From Oscillospiraceae bacterium (lineage in GTDB: Bacteria > Bacillota > Clostridia > Oscillospirales > Oscillospiraceae), in the NCBI GenBank assembly GCA_902775105.1, contig CACYLC010000003.1, positions 9,586 through 73,585 on the forward strand: 64,000 nt of DNA, given 5' to 3'. Of this stretch, positions 54,079-62,627 are shown piece after piece (position 1 is the stretch's first letter; every line of letters begins with the position of its first letter). Position numbers and translations under genes: made by a program. Below the pieces are notes generated by a model. It worked only from the letters and a program-made list of their open reading frames with translations. It was not told the origin of the DNA and made no database searches.

Positions 54079-55836
54079 TTATTTGTTTACTTTCCAGGAC
54101 GCCGCCTCACGGCGTTCGCCCACAAAGCGCTTGTATATTCCGTCCTCCCGCATGAGCTCGCCGTGTGTGCCGCACTGAACGATCTTGCCTTGATGGACAA
54201 CAATGATCTGGTCGGCATGCTCCACGGTTTTCAGCCGGTGGGCAATCATGATGACCGTCTTTTCCTGCGTCAGCGCCTCGATTGCCTGCATCAGTTCGTT
54301 CTCGTTCTCCGGATCCACATTGGCTGTGGCCTCGTCGAGGAAGATCACCGGTGCGTCTTTTATCATGGCACGGGCAATCGAAATGCGCTGCTTCTCGCCT
54401 CCGGAGAGCGACGCACCTCCCTCGCCGATGACAGTCTCGTATCCGTTGGGCAACGCAGTGATAAAATCATTGCAGCAGGCTTTCTTTGCCGCTGCGATGA
54501 CCTCCTCCATGGGGGCGTCGGGTCGGCCAAAGCGGATGTTATTGGCGATCGTATCGTGGAACAGGTACACGTTCTGGAACACGAAGCTGAAATGCTCCAT
54601 GAGCGAGTCCATGTCGTAATCTCTGACATTGCGCCCGCCGAGGGTGACTGCGCCTTCGTCCACATCCCAGAAGCGGGCAAGCAGATTGACCAACGTCGTC
54701 TTGCCGCCGCCGGAAGGCCCGACGATGGCAGTAGTCGTCTTTTCGGGGATGTGCAGCGTGACGCCGTCGATGATCTTCCGTGTATCATAGGAAAACGCAA
54801 TGCCGTCGGCGGAGATATCCAACAGATCAGGTGCGATTTTTTCACCGGAAAGATCCATCTGCGGTGTGTCAAGGATCTCCTGAGCACGGTCTACGCTCAC
54901 ATCCACAACCCGCAAAAGGGCGGAGTAATTGCCCGCTGTTTCCAGACTTGCGTAGACGATGAACGCCGAAATGACCATCACAACGGCAATGAGCGCGTCC
55001 ATACTGCCGCCCACATAAAACAGGCAGGAGAAGGCAACCATTGCCACGCCGGTCAGCTTTGCGATAAAGCTCTGAAGGGTCATGCGGGGAACCAGCGCCA
55101 TTTCCATATCGGTGTTTATCTTGCTGTTTGCGGTAATTGCATCGTTGAGCTCCCCGCTTTTTGTGCCGGTGAGGTGATAGGCTTTGACCTCTGCCATGCC
55201 CTGCAGGTATTCAAGCACCTTCTCCACCAGTTTTTCATCTGCGTCCATCTTCCTGCCGGCCAGCTTTCCCGCCGCGTTTTGCAGCCGGTGATTTGCAAGC
55301 AAGAACAGCAGCAGCCCGCAGAGCAGCACAAGTGCGATCCTCCAGTCAAAAAAGGCAAGCATGACGATAATAAGCGCTGTTGTCAGCAGCCCCTGACAGA
55401 CAAGCATCACAACACGTGTCGCCACATTTTCGAGGTTTTCCATGACATTGGTGGTGACCGAGGTGATCTGACCGAGGCTGTTCTCGTTAAAGTAACCCAT
55501 TGGCAGATACCGCATATGCTCGGCGATCTCAATTCGTTTTTTGGCGCAGGTGTCGTAACCGGCCTCGGTTTGGAGCATTGTACTTTTTGCCTTGATGAGT
55601 CCTGCGCCGATGATGCTGACCAGCATGATGCCCAGGCTCATGAGAATGTCCTGTGTCGTAACGCCGCCCTTGCCGCCCATGGACACAGGCAGCAGCGCAC
55701 GCACCATGCAGGCGACGGCGGGGATTTTTAACGCTTCAAAGAGCGCCAGCACCACGCCCAGCCAGATGGAGGCCAGGAATTTTCGGCGGTTGTCCCCGCC
55801 GCAGAAATCAAAGAATTTGCGGATGATGTCAAGCAT
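54079..55836 (-). CDS. ABC exporter, fused TMD-NBD half transporter (B)
   Basis: 585 aa, 6 TM, with GPSGGGKTT, LSGGEKQR and LDEATANVD. Confidence 0.92.
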   Translation of the reverse strand: MLDIIRKFFDFCGGDNRRKFLASIWLGVVLALFEALKIPAVACMVRALLPVSMGGKGGVTTQDILMSLGIMLVSIIGAGLIKAKSTMLQTEAGYDTCAKKRIEIAEHMRYLPMGYFNENSLGQITSVTTNVMENLENVATRVVMLVCQGLLTTALIIVMLAFFDWRIALVLLCGLLLFLLANHRLQNAAGKLAGRKMDADEKLVEKVLEYLQGMAEVKAYHLTGTKSGELNDAITANSKINTDMEMALVPRMTLQSFIAKLTGVAMVAFSCLFYVGGSMDALIAVVMVISAFIVYASLETAGNYSALLRVVDVSVDRAQEILDTPQMDLSGEKIAPDLLDISADGIAFSYDTRKIIDGVTLHIPEKTTTAIVGPSGGGKTTLVNLLARFWDVDEGAVTLGGRNVRDYDMDSLMEHFSFVFQNVYLFHDTIANNIRFGRPDAPMEEVIAAAKKACCNDFITALPNGYETVIGEGGASLSGGEKQRISIARAMIKDAPVIFLDEATANVDPENENELMQAIEALTQEKTVIMIAHRLKTVEHADQIIVVHQGKIVQCGTHGELMREDGIYKRFVGERREAASWKVNK

Positions 55837-57595
55837 GCTCCATTCCCCCTTCCACCGTATCCTTGACCGTCATGTGTGCTTTCCACATGGTCTCGTACAG
55901 CCCGTGGCGGGCAAGCAGCTCCTCATGGGTGCCGCTGTCGTCAATCTGTCCGTCTCTTACGACGTAGATCCGATCGGCGTCGGTGACAGTACTCAGCCGG
56001 TGGGCGATGACAATGAGTGTTTTGCCCTGTGTCAGCTCCGAGACCGAGCGCTGGATAACCGTCTCGTTCTCCGGATCAGTGTAGGCCGTCGCCTCGTCCA
56101 AAATGACGATGGGGGCGGCCTTGAGCATGGCTCTGGCGATGGAAATACGCTGCCGTTCGCCGCCGGAGAGATGGCCGCCGGACGAGCCGACCAGCGTGTC
56201 GTAGCCGTTTTCCAGCCCCATGATGAAGTCGTGGCAGCCGCTCTGTTTTGCGGCCTCCTCGACTTCTTGATCTGTTGCGTCCTGCCGTCCCAGCCGGATG
56301 TTTTCACGGACCGTCATATTGAAGAGGTAGTTATCCTGGGAGACGAACGCAATCTTGTCTGCATAGGCCTCCTGCGGGATAGTGCGGATATCCGTGCCGC
56401 CGAGGGTAATACTGCCGCTGTCTACATCCCAGAGGGAGGCGATCAGCCGGGCGATGGTACTTTTACCGCTTCCCGAAGGACCCACCAATGCGATAAAGCT
56501 TCCCACAGGCACCTCCAGATCGACGCCATGCAGCACCTCTTTATCCTTGTAGCTGAAGCGCACACCGGACAGCTTCAGGCTGTTGTCGGCAGGAGCCTCT
56601 CCGACAGCGGGGCGCTTCAGCTCCGGAGCGTCGAGGATTCTTCTGACCTCTCCGAAGATGGTACCCATTGTGCGCAGGTCGTCTGAATAGCTCATGACCG
56701 TAATAAGCGGCGTAATAACGCCAACTGAGAGAATGATGATGGTCACAAAGTCCTCGGTTGAGAGCGTCCCGCCCTTCACCAGCAGTCCACCGACAGGCAG
56801 CACCGAAACCATCGTGGACGGCATGATGACCATTGCGAAGGTAAACGGGATGATACTGGACCGCATCCAATCCACGAAGCTGTATGCCGCCTCATGGGCG
56901 TCATGGACAAAACGCTCATAGCTGGATTTCGTCTTGCCGAACACCTTGATGACCTGGATACCGTTGATGTACTCTACCGCCGTGTCATTGAGCGACTTTG
57001 TCGCCGTGACGGTGCGCTCATAAAATTTGGCGCTGCCCGCAATCATAAAGACGTAGCAGAACATGCCCAGGGGTACGGTGACCAGTGAAGCGAGTCCCAT
57101 ACGCCAATCTATTGCGAAAATGTAAACCAAAATGACAACCGGAACCAGCAAATTGGCCGTAAACTCCGGTACAACGTGAGCCAGTGTCGTCTCAATGCTG
57201 TCGATCCGTTCAATGAGCGTGTTTTTCAGCGCTCCTGAGCTCTCTGCCAGCACTGCGCCGAGAGGCATACGTGTCAGCTTCTCCGTACAGCGTTTTCTGA
57301 TCTCCCCCAGCACGGTAAACGTGGCTTTGTGACTCGTTGCGGTGCTGAGTGCGTGAAACAGCACCCGTCCGAACCACATCAGTGCCATAATGAGACAGCG
57401 GATAAGGTAAAAGGACAGATCCTTCTGCCCCTCCATCAACCCCCGCACGATTCCGATCACGACGAAATACGGCGCAACGGAGAAGGCGACGCCAATCACT
57501 GCCAGCACAACGGCCAGCACGAATTGACTTCGGTGCCCGCCCGCCTGCTCCAACACCCAGGCGATCGGCGACGGCTCTTCTTTCTTTGTTTCCAT
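55829..57595 (-). CDS. ABC exporter, fused TMD-NBD half transporter (A)
   Basis: 588 aa, 6 TM, with GPSGSGKST, LSGGERQR and LDEATAYTD. An 8-nt overlap with its partner suggests a heterodimer. Confidence 0.92.
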   Translation of the reverse strand: METKKEEPSPIAWVLEQAGGHRSQFVLAVVLAVIGVAFSVAPYFVVIGIVRGLMEGQKDLSFYLIRCLIMALMWFGRVLFHALSTATSHKATFTVLGEIRKRCTEKLTRMPLGAVLAESSGALKNTLIERIDSIETTLAHVVPEFTANLLVPVVILVYIFAIDWRMGLASLVTVPLGMFCYVFMIAGSAKFYERTVTATKSLNDTAVEYINGIQVIKVFGKTKSSYERFVHDAHEAAYSFVDWMRSSIIPFTFAMVIMPSTMVSVLPVGGLLVKGGTLSTEDFVTIIILSVGVITPLITVMSYSDDLRTMGTIFGEVRRILDAPELKRPAVGEAPADNSLKLSGVRFSYKDKEVLHGVDLEVPVGSFIALVGPSGSGKSTIARLIASLWDVDSGSITLGGTDIRTIPQEAYADKIAFVSQDNYLFNMTVRENIRLGRQDATDQEVEEAAKQSGCHDFIMGLENGYDTLVGSSGGHLSGGERQRISIARAMLKAAPIVILDEATAYTDPENETVIQRSVSELTQGKTLIVIAHRLSTVTDADRIYVVRDGQIDDSGTHEELLARHGLYETMWKAHMTVKDTVEGGMEHA

Positions 57596-57617
57596 AAGCG
57601 AACTCCTTTCTATTTCT

Positions 57618-57651
57618 GTTAGCTAACGGCGCAAAGTTAGAGTTAACTAAC
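57618..57651. promoter_or_regulatory. palindromic operator candidates GTTAGCTAAC + GTTAACTAAC
   Basis: Perfect 10-mer palindrome at 57618-57627 and a 1-mismatch copy at 57642-57651. They lie between the tetR terminator and the ABC exporter start (57595). Confidence 0.55.
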
Positions 57652-57667
57652 TTTTAAACAAACCCAT

Positions 57668-57692
57668 CGCCTATCCCCAAAGAGGATAGGCG
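57668..57692 (-). terminator. hairpin after tetR
   Basis: CGCCTATCC ccaaaga GGATAGGCG. On the minus strand it is followed by ATGGGTTTGTTT. Confidence 0.5.
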
Positions 57693-57712
57693 GTGTGATT
57701 ATCCCAGTATTT

Positions 57713-58327
57713 TCAAAAGCCCATGATCTGTTTCCAACCGGGCAGGAAGAATGCCTCTACGATTTCCAAACAGTTCAGCGCCTCATCCAACGGATAGTCA
57801 TGCACCACCGGCTCAAACATGGCGGTGGTGTATGCGGTAAGAAGCAAGTGCAGCTCCTGTGGACTGACATCCCGCACGGCGTAGCCGTGTTCTTTCAGGT
57901 CAGGCAAAAACCTGAGCATGGTTTCCTGATGCCCCTCCACTAAATCATGTAGAAAGTGCTCATATTTCGTTCCCTGGGCTTTTGTAAGCAGCAGCTGGTA
58001 GTCCCCCATGTTCGGATAGACCAGCTCCCGCATCATGTCGATCTCAGTATCCTGCCAGAGATCGCCACCTCCGTGAATCGCACGAACGGATCGGGCAGTA
58101 TGCGCATCCAGCCATGCATTCATTTTCCCCACAGAGGGCGCAACGAGCTGATCGAACAGATCGGCTTTGTCCTTACAATGTCGATAGATCCCTGCGGCGG
58201 TCATGCCGCACCGTTCGCCGATCCGCCGCATAGAAGCTTTCTCAAAACCGTGCTCCATAAACTCTTCCCGTGCGGCGGCCATAATCTTGATGTGGTTTTT
58301 TGTCTTGTCTCTCGGCACAAAATACAC
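57713..58327 (-). CDS. TetR/AcrR-family transcriptional regulator
   Basis: 204 aa with N-terminal HTH FEKASMRRIGERCGMTAAGIYRHCKDKADLF. Confidence 0.9.
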   Translation of the reverse strand: MYFVPRDKTKNHIKIMAAAREEFMEHGFEKASMRRIGERCGMTAAGIYRHCKDKADLFDQLVAPSVGKMNAWLDAHTARSVRAIHGGGDLWQDTEIDMMRELVYPNMGDYQLLLTKAQGTKYEHFLHDLVEGHQETMLRFLPDLKEHGYAVRDVSPQELHLLLTAYTTAMFEPVVHDYPLDEALNCLEIVEAFFLPGWKQIMGF

Positions 58328-58346
58328 TTCCTATAAGTCCAAGCAT

Positions 58347-58356
58347 GTTAGCTAAC
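58347..58356. promoter_or_regulatory. GTTAGCTAAC palindrome upstream of tetR
   Basis: Perfect copy 20 nt upstream of the tetR ATG (58327). Confidence 0.5.
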
Positions 58357-58686
58357 ACCTATCAAAATAGCACTTTTTTCCCAGAGTGTCAAGGGTTTTG
58401 ACTTTTTCTCTGCAGACTCTCTTAAAACAAGCGCCATAATTTCGGCGAGAATCGCTGCGACCGCCGAATCAACAACAAGCGTCAGGATCCATTCCTTTGC
58501 ATGGACTTTCGCCGGAATACAGGGTCTTAAATCCTCCGTTCCGGGGATGCTCCATGCGTTCGTATGTCCCATCCATATCACATCAATGACAAGCTGTCAG
58601 ATCATCCGGATAACGAGCAGCGCAGCGGTTGCCGCCCCCGCTGTCCATTCGGCCGCACCATCCGTTCTTCATTTGCGGACAACCGT

Positions 58687-58942
58687 CTATAGGCGTTCTA
58701 TCAGCGAAATTCCCTCATAATCACTTTTCTTACTCTCCGGGAACACGGGCATACAGGAATAGCCGTGCATCATGTTCGGCACGATCTCTATCTCCCCACT
58801 GCTCTGTTTTCTCTGTGACCTCAATGTAATCCGCCGGATTGACCTCCACTTCCTTGCCGTCAATAGAAACCCGGAGGTCATAAGCATCAGATTTGGTTTT
58901 AGCTAACAACGTAAGGCCTTGCTGCAGGAAAATCCACAGCAA
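58687..58942 (-). pseudogene. frameshifted small ORF remnant
   Basis: Two overlapping minus-strand ORFs look protein-like only in complementary parts: ...DAYDLRVSIDGKEVEVNPADYIEVTEKTEQWG and GEIEIVPNMMHGYSCMPVFPESKKSDYEGISLIERL. They join across a G4 run (C-run 58794-58797 on plus). Confidence 0.3.
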
Positions 58943-58961
58943 GACCTCTTTTTACACACAA

Positions 58962-59639
58962 TCACACAGCCGTTGGAATGATGACTCTGCCGCTCCCCCC
59001 GCAATATCTGGTTGTCGTATCGATGATCCGCTGTGCCGTTTCAACCAGCAGCGCATCGTCCGTCGCCTCGTTGCCCTGAATGATGTAAAAAATATTCCGA
59101 GCCTCTTCGTCCACTTTGGTCTTCTCCACCTGCCGGATCTCAAGCCGGCACAGCACCTCATTTGCATCATCGCAGTAGCTGTATTCATGGGGATGGACGG
59201 AAATCGGCGTCGGCTGTCCAATAGGCTGGAACCGCTCTGTGCCGTCGGTAAACCGGAGCGTCACGTTGCCGTCCACACGATCGATGTTATGGGCGCCGAG
59301 AGCCAGCTTGCTCTCCAGCGAGAGCAGGTTGTAAATGTCCACCGCCTGATTGATGTAGAACATCCCCTGATGCTTCAGCAGCAGCTTAATGAGATTCTCG
59401 CTGGCCGGGATATTCTTTCTCCGCTTGACGCCGGTCTTGTCGTGCAGGATATTATAGCCCTCCAAAATCGGGTCGGTGTGAACGTCCAGTCCCTGATAGG
59501 CTTCGTAAAGCGCGGCAATGCGCTGATCCCGATATTTCCGCCATTCCATGCTGTTTTCATGGTTGTCGATCCCCTCGGCCACCGCAAAAACGATCTTCAC
59601 ACCTGCATCCAGTACTTCCTGCTGTACGAAAAATTGCAT
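58962..59639 (-). CDS. B3/B4 (PheT-like tRNA-binding) domain protein
   Basis: 225 aa. The pattern ...NIPASENLIKLLLKHQGMFYINQAVDIYNLLSLESKLALGAHNID... resembles stand-alone B3_4 domain proteins. Confidence 0.7.
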   Translation of the reverse strand: MQFFVQQEVLDAGVKIVFAVAEGIDNHENSMEWRKYRDQRIAALYEAYQGLDVHTDPILEGYNILHDKTGVKRRKNIPASENLIKLLLKHQGMFYINQAVDIYNLLSLESKLALGAHNIDRVDGNVTLRFTDGTERFQPIGQPTPISVHPHEYSYCDDANEVLCRLEIRQVEKTKVDEEARNIFYIIQGNEATDDALLVETAQRIIDTTTRYCGGSGRVIIPTAV

Positions 59640-59893
59640 CTTATTCCCTCCTCTGCTGATTCATGCGGCGTAACAGTCAACTGTATTATACGGCGCAGTC
59701 TGCGCCGTTTTGTGGCCACGCCAACAATCCGCATCTGACACGGTTTAATATATACTATAAACCCATCGGAGAAATATGTAAAGCAAAAATTTCACATTCC
59801 CAATAGATTTATTCTATACGTGCGGCAACTGCCAACTGACTCTCTGATTAAATTTTGAAGTTTCGGACTCATTTTTCATTCTTCCCCAATGGA

Positions 59894-59922
59894 TTGAAGG
59901 GCTTTCCCGCCTGTGATATGAT
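59894..59922 (+). promoter_or_regulatory. candidate promoter TTGAAG-17-TATGAT
   Basis: ttgaag ggctttcccgcctgtga tatgat. It leaves a leader of about 90 nt that contains a nested hairpin (59939-59991). Confidence 0.4.
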
Positions 59923-60017
59923 AAAAATGTTTAAAACGGCTTTGTAGGCAGCAAGGGTCGATCGGACGTCGGCTGCCGAACTCAGCAAAGCATTCAGCGT
60001 CAAAAGGAGATGCTATT

Positions 60018-60878
60018 ATGGCAGTAGATTATTCCGCATTAAAGGCCGGCGGCTTTATGCGTCAGATGCAGAAGAATCATTTTTCCCTGCGTCTGCGCTG
60101 CGTCGGCGGAACCGTCACGGCAGAACAGCTGGCGACGATTACCGAGGTGGCAAACAAATATGGGCACGGCTACATCCATCTGACCTCCCGGCAGGGCATT
60201 GAGATCCCCTTTATCCAACTCAAGGATATTGACGCTGTGAAGGCCGATCTGGCAAAGGGCGGCGTACAGCCCGGCGTCTGCGGCCCCCGTGTCCGCACCG
60301 TTACTGCCTGTCAGGGCGGCGTCTGCTGTCCCAGCGGCTGCATTGACGCGCTGGAGGTCGCCAGGACGCTGGACGCCCGTTACTTCGGCCGACGGCTGCC
60401 CCACAAATTTAAGTTCGGCGTCACCGGATGTCAGAACAACTGCCTGAAGGCGGAGGAGAACGACTTTGGCGTCAAGGGCGGATTGATCCCCGAATACGAC
60501 GAGGACGCCTGCATCCAGTGCGGGCTGTGCGAGAAGGTCTGCCGCTCCAAGGCCATTGCCATCGAGGACGGCAAGATCTCCATTGACCGCTCCAAGTGCA
60601 ACTACTGCGGCCGCTGTGTGAAGTCCTGCCCGGTGGACGCATGGCAGGGCAAGACCGGCTACATTGTCTCCTTCGGCGGCACCTTCGGCAACGCCATTCA
60701 GAAGGGCACCGAGCTGCTCCCCATCATCGAGGACGAGGAGACCCTGCTCCGGGTGGCAGATGCGGCGATCGACTTCTTCGACCAGAACGCAAATGCCGGT
60801 GAGCGCTTTGCCAAAACACTGGAGCGTGTGGGCTGGGATAAGCTGCAAGAGAAAGTGGAGGTAGCATACCATGGCTGA
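60018..60878 (+). CDS. small siroheme-type sulfite/nitrite reductase-like protein with inserted 2x[4Fe-4S] ferredoxin domain
   Basis: 286 aa with the NIR_SIR ferredoxin-like half domain (LRLRCVGGTVTAEQLATITEVANKYGHGYIHLTSRQGIEIPF). Siroheme/cluster Cys motifs are TACQGGVCCPSGC and TGCQNNC. Ferredoxin motifs are CIQCGLCEKVC and CNYCGRCVKSCP. Confidence 0.83.
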   Translation: MAVDYSALKAGGFMRQMQKNHFSLRLRCVGGTVTAEQLATITEVANKYGHGYIHLTSRQGIEIPFIQLKDIDAVKADLAKGGVQPGVCGPRVRTVTACQGGVCCPSGCIDALEVARTLDARYFGRRLPHKFKFGVTGCQNNCLKAEENDFGVKGGLIPEYDEDACIQCGLCEKVCRSKAIAIEDGKISIDRSKCNYCGRCVKSCPVDAWQGKTGYIVSFGGTFGNAIQKGTELLPIIEDEETLLRVADAAIDFFDQNANAGERFAKTLERVGWDKLQEKVEVAYHG

Positions 60879-61116
60879 TTTTAATATCACAGACTCCGTA
60901 GACATCACCGACGTGGTCTGTCCGGTCACCTTTGTCAAGGCAAAGGTAGCGCTGGAGGAACTGGAGGACGGAGACATTCTCTCCATTCACCTGAATGACG
61001 GTGAGCCGGTACAGAATGTGCCCCGGAGCATCAAGGAGGAAGGTCATAAGATCCTCAAGCTTCTTGACAACGCGGACGGCACCTACGACCTCATTGTTCG
61101 AAAAGTGGGCGACTGA
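60871..61116 (+). CDS. TusA/SirA-family sulfur-carrier-like protein
   Basis: 81 aa with DITDVVCPVTFVKAKVALEELEDGDIL (conserved Cys-Pro). Overlaps the upstream stop (ATGGCTGA). Confidence 0.8.
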   Translation: MADFNITDSVDITDVVCPVTFVKAKVALEELEDGDILSIHLNDGEPVQNVPRSIKEEGHKILKLLDNADGTYDLIVRKVGD

Positions 61117-61138
61117 CGCTCCTGACCCACATCAAAAC

Positions 61139-61185
61139 AGCACCGTCTCAACGCCATGCGTGAGACGGTGCTGCTCTTTTATTTT
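61139..61185 (+). terminator. rho-independent terminator
   Basis: 12-bp stem AGCACCGTCTCA / TGAGACGGTGCT with a 10-nt loop, then GCTCTTTTATTTT. Confidence 0.75.
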
Positions 61186-62627
61186 GATTCATGCTCCAAC
61201 AATGTCTCCACCATGGACTCAGCCGTGATTTCCGGGGGCATCAGCGGCTTTCTGTGAAACCGCTTTTCAAAGGCTTCGGCACAGACGGGGCCGATGCAAA
61301 TGGGAACCGTGTCTCCGGACAGGTCATAACCGTCATCCGCAAGTGCGTTCACCCCGCCGGCACTGCCGAACAAAATGTATTGGAGCCGCTCAGACTGAAG
61401 CGCCGTCTCGTAAATCGTGTCATACAGGGAGATGCGGCAGCATGAGATCCCCTTCTCCCCAAGTGCTTCCGGGATGACGCCGGAGCCTTTGGCCGAGTCA
61501 AACAGATAGACCCTATTCTCCGGGGACAGGTGATGCAGGAGTGCCTGCGCAAGTGCCTTGCCGGTAAATTGCTCGGGACGCAGGTCGGCTCGTATGCCGT
61601 GCGCCGCAAGCGTCTCTGCTGTTTTCTCCCCTATGACAGCAAACTGACAGCCACTCAGGCTGCGCACGTCCTTCCCCTCCCTCGTCAGATCCCGGAAGAA
61701 AAAGTCCACGCCTCTTCCGCTGGTGAACACCAGCCAATTTCCCATCCTTTGGGACAGTTCCTCCCATGGGACAGGTGTTTCCAGCGCTCTGCATGTTCCC
61801 CGCTGCACCTGATGCCAGCCCAGGCCATGCCGTTCCAGCAGAGCAGTCACTTTGCGCTGGAATTCCTCGGTACCGGTGAGTCCCACGGTGACGGATGGCC
61901 AGGGACTTCTCAAGTCCATCTGCGCCACCTGACCCACCACGATGACCGCCGGAGGCAGTACGCCCGCTTTCTTCGTGCGCTCTGCAATGTCCCCCAGGGT
62001 GCCCCGTACTGCTGCAGGGCAGGGCGAGTTGCCGCCAGACAGCACTGCCGCAGGAGTATCGTCGCTTTTTCCGGCGTCTATCAGCGCCTGCGCCAGCCGC
62101 TCCAATGCGTGCAGCCCCATGAGAAAGACCAATGTGCCGTCCAGAGCGGCAAGCTGAGGAATGTTCTCCGGCAGCGCCCGTTCCGCAGTATGGGCGGTAA
62201 TGATGTGGACACTGCGGCTGATGGCTCGATGTGTCACCGGAATGCCGGCTTCCATGGGAATGGCAAGCGCCGAGGAGATGCCTGGCACCAGTGTATAGGA
62301 GATGCCGGCACGAGCCAGCGCCATGGCCTCCTCCCCGCCTCTGCCAAAGACAAAGGGATCTCCGCCCTTGAGCCGGACGACACGGTTCCCTTCTCCCGCT
62401 TTTTGGACGAGCAGTTCGTTGATGTACTCCTGTTTCGGGGAGCAGGAGCCGGCTCGCTTGCCCACCGGGATGCGCTCCGCCTCCTTAGGCGCAGCATCCA
62501 GCAGCTCCCGGGCGATCAGATCGTCGTACACCACGACCTCACATCGTTTCAGCGCATCCAGTCCCTGTACCGTGATCAGTTCCGGGCCGCCGCAGCCTGC
62601 GCCCACAATGGATACCTGCCCGTTCAT
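61179..62627 (-). CDS. cobA-hemD: fused uroporphyrinogen-III C-methyltransferase / uroporphyrinogen-III synthase
   Basis: 482 aa. SUMT N-half (VSIVGAGCGGPELITVQG, GGDPFVFGRGGEE) and HemD-like C-half. Confidence 0.9.
   Translation of the reverse strand: MNGQVSIVGAGCGGPELITVQGLDALKRCEVVVYDDLIARELLDAAPKEAERIPVGKRAGSCSPKQEYINELLVQKAGEGNRVVRLKGGDPFVFGRGGEEAMALARAGISYTLVPGISSALAIPMEAGIPVTHRAISRSVHIITAHTAERALPENIPQLAALDGTLVFLMGLHALERLAQALIDAGKSDDTPAAVLSGGNSPCPAAVRGTLGDIAERTKKAGVLPPAVIVVGQVAQMDLRSPWPSVTVGLTGTEEFQRKVTALLERHGLGWHQVQRGTCRALETPVPWEELSQRMGNWLVFTSGRGVDFFFRDLTREGKDVRSLSGCQFAVIGEKTAETLAAHGIRADLRPEQFTGKALAQALLHHLSPENRVYLFDSAKGSGVIPEALGEKGISCCRISLYDTIYETALQSERLQYILFGSAGGVNALADDGYDLSGDTVPICIGPVCAEAFEKRFHRKPLMPPEITAESMVETLLEHESK

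Noticed and set aside
54007-55731. 574-aa plus-strand ORF
   Set aside because: It is antisense to the ABC exporter gene, which carries Walker A, signature and Walker B motifs.
58348-58581. 77-aa minus-strand ORF as a real gene
   Set aside because: It has no RBS and odd composition. It overlaps the tetR-proximal palindrome and is adjacent to frameshifted remnants. I treat it as decay or non-coding sequence.
60039-60986. 315-aa minus-strand ORF (also 29288-30457 and 61530-62723 on plus)
   Set aside because: These are antisense to genes with clear cofactor or domain motifs (Fe-S/siroheme reductase, beta-helix protein, cobA-hemD). Their composition is Ala/Gly/Arg/Pro-biased.
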